From Sphaeroforma arctica JP610 (lineage: Eukaryota), in contig NW_014040369.1 of NCBI RefSeq assembly GCF_001186125.1, forward strand, positions 1-44,082: a stretch of DNA of 44,082 nucleotides, given 5' to 3'. This document shows, piece after piece, positions 37,701 to 44,082 of this stretch. Below the pieces are notes generated by a model. The model searched no databases. It had not been told where the DNA came from and was given only the letters and a program-made list of their open reading frames with translations. A program made the position numbers and the translations under genes. Numbering within the stretch: the stretch's first letter is position 1; each line of letters begins with the position of its first letter.

Positions 37701-40700
37701 GTGCACATCAGATGTTTTAGGGTTTTAGGGTTTTAGAAGACAGAGGCTCATGTGCGCACGTAACATGTAGGTATCGCATTCAGTGGGACACGTGTTCTTA
37801 TGGATACTGATCAGCATCCAGGTGTACACTACGCAAAGAAAGCTGTGTACACGCACACACACGCTCCCACTCACCCGCACACCCATACTACTCTTACGGA
37901 CAGACGGACATCCATTAGCACCACGTGATTCGTCTGGGCTGTCCCGCCAGCACTCATCAGCCAATGATAGTGTAGAGAATACACACCGGAGCACCGCCCA
38001 ATCTATTTATAGCCAGGCGCCACACAGTGCAAACAACTATCTGAAGTTCATCTGCAATCTGGCAGGCAGAGTCAGTGGCGACAGCGACGACGAGATGGAC
38101 GACGACGATGGTGTGTGTGTGTGCATGTGTGTATGGGTGAGAGTGTGCTGTGTGTGTGTTTAGGGTTTAGGGTCAGTTACAAGGTTTAACCATATCTGTC
38201 TCATTGTATTATTATGTAGACATCATATAACAATGTAAGTCACATGGTTTAACCATATCTGTCTCATTGTATTATTATGTAGACATCATATAACAATGTA
38301 AGTCACATCGTTTAACCATATCTGTTCCATTGTATTATTATGTAGACATCATATAACAATGTAAGTTACATTAGATATCATATAACATTATAAGTTACAT
38401 GGTCTAATTATATCTGACCCATTGTATTTGCATGTAGACACACGCGCTAAGGACGTTCAAGAGTCCACTGAAGAGCAGAGGACTGAGATGCGCGATGATT
38501 TCGAACTGTTTCTGCTACAGCTGGCTATGGATGTGGAGAACTCTCCCCATAAACACGAGACCAATGTAAAGGTAAGGTCTTAAGTATGCTTGACCGTGTA
38601 TGTGCTAAGGTCGTAAGCTTTCTTGGGCATGCATGCGAAATGCAGGAGATTGTCGTACGGCAGTTCAAACATCAAATAGCCCCATTATAGTGTTGTTTAA
38701 GGTTCAGGGTTTAGGGCTTGGTGTGATATATCACATTGAAGTGAAACTTATATCCCACTGCTAGCACTCCTGACGCATGTAGTGACGTACTTTGGTGCGT
38801 GTATGTAGTAGTCGCATTGCTACTCCCTTTTATGGGCAACGGCGCTACCTACTCGAGTGAACGCCACAATGTAGTGCGTTTGCCCCAACAAACTAGCCGA
38901 CGTTTGACCGGCCTATAATTCACGAACATTCGTGTATGTCCCTCTGAACCCCGAACCCTATAGCCCCAAAACCCTAAATCCCTAAATCCGAGCGAGATTG
39001 ACCTAAACAGGACCTGTACCTCCTTTTCTCTCTCCCAGCCCATACCCACCCCAACAGCCCCCACTCACCTGCCGTTGCTGTCCCAAGTGATGTCCCGTTT
39101 GTACCGTAAAGACTTGGTGCTGGGGTGCATGGGTGGACTGGCCTTGGCCTTAGACCTGGTGTCGCCAGTGCAAAGGGTATGTTATCCGTCTCTGTGCAAT
39201 GGATTGCCTGACAGTGCGTGTGTGTGTGTGTGCGTGTGTATTGTGTGTGGGATGTGTAGGTAGCTCAGGCTATGTGAGGAGTTGGTGTAGGCTTTTGTGT
39301 GCAAAAGGTGTGGGCTATAAAATAAATGAGGGTGCTATCTCCTGCGAGGGTATCTGTATATGCAAAGCCAAGTCGCATTGCGCGAAGCACTTGTGCTAGC
39401 AATAGACCTACTAAGTACATAATTATATACAGATATACCCATATGTACACCTCACAAATATACATATGTTCACACACATATATATTTTCGCACGGGTAGC
39501 ATTCTATAGTGTTATCATCACCATCCACACACGGTTCGGTTGGTCCCATCACCGCGACACCTGCCAAGCCTTGGGAGCAACTACAGCTTGGGTTAACTTT
39601 AGTTTGATTTATTTTTAGTTGGTTTAACTTTAGTTTGGTCTTTTCCAATTTGGTTTAACTTTAGTTTTGGTTATAACTTTAGTTTGGTTTAACTTCAGTT
39701 TAGTTTTATTTTTAGTTTAATTTATCTTTAGTTTTGTTTAACTTTAGTTTGGTTTAACTTAAGTTTGGTTTTACTTTAGTTTGGTTTAGTTTGACGGCAT
39801 TTCCACGACGAAACTTTTAGTCGAGGAATAAGGACACATTTGAAATGGTGGTATATGCGCTCTCACGCCTCTCATCCCTTGGCATATCTCCATGGCATAT
39901 CGACTGTACGTTGCCAGTTATGAGTTGCACAAACAGTTCTCATGACTGGGCTTCAGAGTTTGGGTTTTAGGGTTTATGGTTTACCTGTAGCACGGTCATA
40001 AGGTATCTAACATGCCCTTTGCATTGCCTCCAAATTGCAGCCAGCGTCCAGCACCACAGAAGCGCACAATCACAAAGACCCTCAGAACACTTCCAGGTCA
40101 GTCGTGTGGGTCTGTATCACGGTATCACCCTACGCATGTGCATATGTGTTTGTCTTACAACACACACATTGCTGTGCATTGTATTGATTCCCCGTGGGGT
40201 TTTAGGGTTTAGGGTTTAAAACCATATAAAAAACATGCGTTCTTCTGCGACCGTTATTGTATGTCGTGTGCTGTATTGAAAGCTATGCCATGTCGCATCT
40301 CTGGTCGTGACCGAACAAGCCGTACTGCGACTACAATACCCACCCACGCATCCGTAGGCTACAATACACCAATACACTCCGCATGCTACGCTACTATTGC
40401 TACGCTGTTACTACAATGCCCCCATGGTTCTAGCTCAGCATATGCCATGTAAACTAGGGGATTTTTTTCGTTGGGGTGGCTTGTGGTCATGGGTGTCATA
40501 GCTGCCCTCACAGCCATCCACGTGGGGCTGTCCAGACCACTTTGTTTGGGCCATCTATTTTGTGCAGTGGCCATTGGCAGTACGTTTACGTTGCTACACA
40601 AATATGTTCTACATATTTTGAGTTCACGCATTTTAGCTGTTGCAACTCATTGATCGTAGCAGAGGCTCTAAACCCAACTCGGGCGCACCAACCGACCCCC

Positions 40701-42393
40701 CCAAAGCCTCCGACAAGGCCTCCAAAAGACCCCACTTCAAATGTATAAACACCCCCACCACCGGGCCACGCCATGATCTCAACAAAGTGCTCAAGGACGG
40801 GTGTGCCGTGGTAGCAGACAGTGCAGCACAGGCAGGCAGAGGCATTCGCCTGACACACCTGCGGGCCACAGGCGCTGTGGCCACACAGGACCTCAAGAAA
40901 AACGCCACGTACTTCTTCCACACTCTGGGCACGAGTATGTGTTGCCGTGGGTTGTGGAGTGTTTGGGTATTAGTATCGGGGAGGGTGTGTGAATGGAGTG
41001 TGTTGTGGAGTGTTTGTGGATGGTGTGTGTTGGGGAGTGTTTGTGGATGGTTTGTGTTGTGGAATGTTTCTGAAGGGTGTGTGAACGGAGTTCTAGTGCG
41101 CAAGCATGTGCAAGGGTGTGTGTGGCATGGTGGTGACATGTAGGTCGCATGTGTATGCGTTGGCGTGTACGCCGAGATTAACGTTTCTCAAGTGTAGCTA
41201 TGGGTGTATCGATATACATACACACGTACGTACGCATACATACACATGTACATACACATACATGCACACGTACATACACATACATACACACGGACATACA
41301 CATACATACACACGTCTATACACATACATAATCACGTACATACACATACATACACACGTACATACACAGACATACACAAGTACACACACATACATACACC
41401 TGTACATACACATACATACATACGTACATACAATTACATACGCAAGACATCTATAGATGTGATTTGGGACTGAGGTAAGAGTCTACGCGAGGATATGCCT
41501 GTGGTGGCTACTAGATTAAATATAGTCTTTTATTGAGGCTTCAACTTTTGTTTGTCCGTGATTGCTTAAGTTGCTGTGCTCCCATTGTGGAGATGCCGTG
41601 TTGTGTTGCATCACTTTGTACAGAAACTGTCACCGCAGTGGGCGTATTGCGTAATGGTGAAGGTGTGCATGTGGCAATCGGCAGCACGCATTTGACTACG
41701 GTAAGGGGTTTAGGTTTTAGGCTTTAGGCATATCTCACGCGCCACATCTGAAGTGTAGCGTATGGCAGGCCGTCTCTGAGTGAGTGTTTCACTCGGTACT
41801 CAACTGTGCGTGTCTTCGTTTGTACAGGAGAGCCTCCGATCAATAACGACCATTGGGATGCCAGTATTACCAGCGCGTGTGTGGCTATCTTCGAGCCACG
41901 TGCGTGCGTTGAGCTGAAACGTGGAGACCCCACCCTCACCCTGTGCCTGGCAGATGTTCGGTACCACTGCGGGTTGTACCAGGAAACCCTGCGCCTGTTC
42001 CTGCAGTTGGGGGTGACGGTCACCGACTTCTTCGGCAGTGTCGGGCCGTTGCTGAACGTATGGAATCAACGGTCCCTCAGGAAAATGGTATGTGGTGTTT
42101 GCTAGTAGGGATTCAGGGTTTAGGGTCTAGTGTTTGGGGATCAAATGGTGAGTGGGCCTTGTCATTGTTGTTATGGATATGAGGTGTAGACAGTATGGTA
42201 TACGTAGCGCTCAGCAAATTGAGTACCAGGCTTGATAGAAAGGGTTAGAGTGTAGGGTTTATGGTGTGGATCTGAAATTTTTCCATGATAAGAGTATGAA
42301 CGTTAAGTTGAAGTATCAGGGATTAGTCTTCATAATCATGGCGTTGTGAAATGCGCACAGGAGGATATTAGCCGGTGTTTATGCATGTGTTCA

Positions 42394-42431
<38 letters not shown>

Positions 42432-43944
42432 GTATCTAGATGGTACATATGTATACATATATATATAAATATATATATNNNNNNNNNNNNNNNNNNNNTG
42501 AATAATACGAGTTGCGCTCACATAGCCGATGTATTGGGTTTATGATGTGGGGTGTAATGTGCATGACTTCTTATGTGTATATGCATTTGACTGTGCAAAC
42601 ATATCTCCACGTATATATGTACGTATAATTTCTATGTAAATATATACGAATCATTTCTACTTATAAATTTATGCAACATTTCCACGTATATATATATATA
42701 TATATATACGTACCTATACAAGCGCCTTGCCACGTGTATGAAATACTTGTCTATCAATATGTCGATAAATCTGTATAGTGCTGTGCACAACTTGCTGTTA
42801 TTTCGGTTGCCTCGTATGACGGAATACAATATGAGGGAATGAGTATGAAGTCGGACCCACCTGAGCAATTATGTCTCTTGCCCACGGAGGTGGTAAGAGA
42901 CTATAGGCATGCATGTTGATTCAGAGGACGCTAACAACTCAAACACCGCGATAAGGATACGCACTACCACATAGTCACAGTATTACAGTCCCCTACTCAA
43001 CAGCATTCAAACACTTCATTTCAAGAAAGTCGCCGCGGAGACACACACACACACGAACATACTTGCATACATACATACATACGTACATACATACATACAT
43101 ACAAACATACCTACATACATACAGACATATATATTTACATACTAACATACATACATACATATACGCACACCCACGTCTCACACAGGTACACTCCCTTGTC
43201 CACATGAGAGCCTTCGTCGAGGCGTCTGTCTTGGCGCAGCTCATCAGCGAGAAGGGCAACGTCACGCGACAGGCCATTCTCCGCATGGCATACAACCCCC
43301 CCGCAAGCACACCCACACCCTACACAGACATAGACACCCACACACAGAGAAGCACTGTGTCTACGGAGGGCTATGCTATGGGTGTGCCAGTGGTCCCCAT
43401 AGTCAACAACAGGTACTTCCACTACTTCTGGGATCAGACCACTGTGGAGATACTGCTGAGCATGTGTGCGGAGAGGAATGTCCCGGATCACCAGCGCCTG
43501 GCGGTATGTCAACTTTCCTTTTGCAATTCACCAGTGTACCTTTGTGTTATGTATATGCTGAAGTTTGAATGTGCCGATTCCAATTCACCAGTATACCATT
43601 GTGTTATGTATATGCTGTGGTTTGTATGTGCTGTGCTATCGGAGACTTCAGAGTTGTGTTCGCCTGCACCTGTGGCTGGTTAATTATGTATAGATGCATT
43701 CTCAAGACAACTAGAATGCCTGGCACCACTGATCAAAGACTACAAATACATATGTCAGTGTACATAACACCAATATTCACGAGCAGTCTACCATCACATT
43801 CACTTTGTTGCTATGGCAATACAGGCGCAGCTGTACAGCGACAGGGGGGCCAACTGGTGCAATGTGGCGGAAGTGCAGAAGGCCTGGGCCTTAGACCGAC
43901 AGAAGAAGTTCCTCATCGAACTAGCGCATGACTTCATGCCGTGA
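20294..43944 (+). CDS. INTS8: Integrator complex subunit 8-like gene, 24 exons, 4950 nt CDS, 1649 aa
   Basis: join(20294-20561,22289-22462,23467-23963,24751-25067,26167-26320,27751-27898,28129-28487,29381-29507,29955-30046,31002-31290,32284-32408,32857-33194,33693-33882,34576-34651,35830-35927,36803-36992,37904-38110,38438-38571,39039-39176,40041-40096,40660-40934,41828-42087,43186-43503,43825-43944). All introns are GT-AG and all phases agree with no internal stop. Segments resemble animal INTS8 as recalled (see exon entries). Middle exons are supported by splice sites and phase only. Confidence 0.88.
21131..21503. repeat. ~187-bp tandem duplication in INTS8 intron 1
   Basis: gcacacgaacgagccgatctgag...tcaatctggataagtatgtgagcg occurs twice. 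Confidence 0.92.
22289..22462 (+). CDS. INTS8: INTS8 exon 2
   Basis: LALVVIAELGVNLAYLEDHLPWPILRALL resembles LALKVAAHLKWDLDILEKSLSVPVLNMLL; tgcag| and G|GTGTGT. Confidence 0.88.
22460..22900. repeat. ~38-bp minisatellite, ~11 copies, starting at the exon 2 donor
   Basis: Unit gtgtagcacaggtgggttgtgtgtgtgagtgtggtcat. Confidence 0.95.
23467..23963 (+). CDS. INTS8: INTS8 exon 3
   Basis: LYYHRWVLRAL resembles LLYNRWAIRTI, followed by a Pro/Gly/acidic insert; branch-like gctaat before ccgcag|. Confidence 0.88.
23963..24132. repeat. 22-bp G-rich minisatellite, ~7.5 copies, starting at the exon 3 donor
   Basis: Unit ggtgtgtgggggtgtagggttt. Confidence 0.95.
24751..25067 (+). CDS. INTS8: INTS8 exon 4
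   Basis: Ends VQLLYELGRFHSF (cf. QVCYDLG); donor GTAAGT. Confidence 0.85.
25138..25324. repeat. ~21-24 bp AT-rich minisatellite
   Basis: Unit ~tttgatatagtatatgtatgttg. Confidence 0.85.
26167..26320 (+). CDS. INTS8: INTS8 exon 5
   Basis: YQNAYECFSRV (cf. YENAREKFFRT); ttgcag| and CAG|GTGCGG. Confidence 0.85.
26959..27132. repeat. 87-bp tandem duplication
   Basis: tcaggtagt...ggtagtcccatg...caccgtctt..gacgtctgtggc at 26959 and 27046. Confidence 0.88.
27751..27898 (+). CDS. INTS8: INTS8 exon 6
   Basis: GC-rich open frame, gcacag| to G|GTAGGT, phases 0/1 fit. Confidence 0.75.
28129..28487 (+). CDS. INTS8: INTS8 exon 7 (contains an Asn/Thr-rich tract)
   Basis: ctaac branch point, acacag|, donor GTATGT; phases 1/0. 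Confidence 0.8.
29098..29355. repeat. ~95-bp diverged tandem repeat, 3 copies
   Basis: ttagtgtgacaacgtactgca occurs three times. Confidence 0.85.
29381..29507 (+). CDS. INTS8: INTS8 exon 8
   Basis: ctacag| TSDPAIF... G|GTAAGT. Confidence 0.8.
29955..30046 (+). CDS. INTS8: INTS8 exon 9
   Basis: tctcag| LPRSW...LRTWM |GTGTGT; donor chosen for phase match. Confidence 0.65.
30352..30968. repeat. 46-47 bp minisatellite, ~13 copies
   Basis: Unit acacttacctacagtcctctgtcagtgtttgatgtaatactactat. Confidence 0.95.
31002..31290 (+). CDS. INTS8: INTS8 exon 10 (low-complexity acidic insert)
   Basis: cgtag| DGADAMADDD... CAG|GTGTGG. Confidence 0.75.
31383..31895. repeat. 40-bp minisatellite, ~13 copies
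   Basis: Unit taagtaggttgtgttcatatctgattctatgcagttgttt. Confidence 0.97.
32284..32408 (+). CDS. INTS8: INTS8 exon 11
   Basis: ctgcag| TSVFCTDSW... AAG|GTGGGT. Confidence 0.78.
32505..32878. repeat. 49-59 bp tandem array of the exon 12 acceptor region, 7 copies
   Basis: Core actaaaccattgcagatgctagctaaggatgccttt. Confidence 0.95.
32857..33194 (+). CDS. INTS8: INTS8 exon 12
   Basis: Last of seven tandem acceptors; MLAKDAFAREG...; donor GTATGT. Confidence 0.78.
33693..33882 (+). CDS. INTS8: INTS8 exon 13
   Basis: ttacag| to |GTATGT; phases 2/0. Confidence 0.78.
33995..34400. repeat. ~21-bp degenerate minisatellite
   Basis: Unit ~attaacatctacgtatgtgtgt. Confidence 0.88.
34576..34651 (+). CDS. 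INTS8: INTS8 exon 14
   Basis: ccacag| MNELVVPALKAI... CAG|GTATTG. Confidence 0.75.
34741..35040. repeat. (TATG)n degenerate microsatellite
   Basis: Directly visible. Confidence 0.9.
35688..35825. repeat. (TATT)n microsatellite abutting the exon 15 acceptor
   Basis: Directly visible. Confidence 0.9.
35830..35927 (+). CDS. INTS8: INTS8 exon 15
   Basis: Follows a (TATT)n tract; ttgtag| to GAG|GTGAGT. Confidence 0.78.
36524..36770. repeat. ~114-bp pyrimidine-rich tandem duplication
   Basis: ctctctctcacctaccc...cttatttaacttacg twice plus a partial third copy. Confidence 0.9.
36803..36992 (+). CDS. INTS8: INTS8 exon 16
   Basis: actcag| LEVCTADL... CAG|GTGTGG. Confidence 0.75.
37904..38110 (+). 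CDS. INTS8: INTS8 exon 17
   Basis: ggacag| to G|GTGTGT; phase 1/1. Confidence 0.75.
38183..38440. repeat. 63-bp tandem repeat, ~3.5 copies, ending at the exon 18 acceptor
   Basis: Unit ggtttaaccatatctgtctcattgtattattatgtagacatcatataacaatgtaagtcacat. Confidence 0.92.
38438..38571 (+). CDS. INTS8: INTS8 exon 18
   Basis: atgtag| ...FELFLLQLAMD... AAG|GTAAGG. Confidence 0.78.
39039..39176 (+). CDS. INTS8: INTS8 exon 19
   Basis: Strong polypyrimidine tract, cccag|, donor GTATGT. Confidence 0.78.
39590..39793. repeat. 16-bp T-rich minisatellite
   Basis: Unit tttagtttggtttaac. Confidence 0.88.
40041..40096 (+). CDS. INTS8: INTS8 exon 20
   Basis: ttgcag| to CAG|GTCAGT; needed to bridge phase 0 to phase 2. 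Confidence 0.65.
40660..40934 (+). CDS. INTS8: INTS8 exon 21
   Basis: TAGCAG (NAGNAG) acceptor, start 40660 or 40663; donor GTATGT. Confidence 0.72.
41213..41441. repeat. (ACAT/AC)n degenerate microsatellite
   Basis: Directly visible. Confidence 0.88.
41828..42087 (+). CDS. INTS8: INTS8 exon 22
   Basis: LADVRYHCGLYQETLRLFLQLGVTVTDFF...NVWNQRSLRKM resembles QADIYF...ALHYYLQAGAVCSDFF...DVYTDQVIKRM. Confidence 0.92.
43186..43503 (+). CDS. INTS8: INTS8 exon 23
   Basis: EASVLAQL and YFHYFWDQTTVEIL resemble QVAILCQF and YYDYIWDVTILEYL. Confidence 0.92.
43825..43944 (+). CDS. INTS8: INTS8 exon 24 (terminal)
   Basis: NWCNVAEVQKAWALDRQKKFLIELAHDFMP* resembles NASNPEEVLQLAAQRRKKKFLQAMAKLYF*. Confidence 0.92.
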   Translation, partial: AQLYSDRGANWCNVAEVQKAWALDRQKKFLIELAHDFMP

Positions 43945-43972
43945 ATGCGGGGCAACTGTTGCCGAGAACAGA

Positions 43973-43978
43973 AATAAA
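43973..43978 (+). promoter_or_regulatory. Candidate AATAAA polyadenylation signal for INTS8
   Basis: AATAAA 29 nt after the stop codon. Confidence 0.4.
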
Positions 43979-44082
43979 GCCTTCTTCATATCACACGAGA
44001 CGTTTGAAGCCTCCTTCATATCACACGAGACGTTGAAAGCCTCCTTCATATCGCACGAGACGTTTAAAGCCTCCTTCATATC
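43977..44082. repeat. 31-bp tandem repeat, at least 3.4 copies, running off the right edge
   Basis: Unit aagcctccttcatatcacacgagacgtttga. Confidence 0.92.

Overview
Eukaryotic draft-assembly window with 5 N-gaps, many micro/minisatellites, GT-AG introns and the standard genetic code. Gene content and sequence texture suggest a unicellular holozoan such as an ichthyosporean (Sphaeroforma-like); this is inference only. Two intact + strand genes are present. The first is a full-length ABCB/MDR (P-glycoprotein-type) exporter with one intron (2585-5577 + 6545-7649, 1365 aa). The second is a 24-exon gene (20294-43944, 1649 aa by manual, phase-consistent splicing) recognised as a divergent, elongated Integrator subunit 8 (INTS8), whose N-terminal WFEF PP2A-recruiting motif appears replaced by SLGF. 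The probable first exon of a divergent - strand gene is at the left edge. Between the two genes lies ~12 kb of decayed material: an 84-bp satellite with a hairpin module, a 21-bp array encoding coiled-coil heptads, a ~283-bp tandem duplication, a fragmented one-repeat-per-exon LRR pseudogene, and a frameshifted HHCC/DDE integrase head-to-head with INTS8. INTS8 introns contain tandem arrays built from splice-site sequence and scattered TTTAGGG/CCCTAAA telomere-like tracts. All homology calls come from recalled motifs, not database searches. No CRISPR array, tRNA or rRNA was seen.
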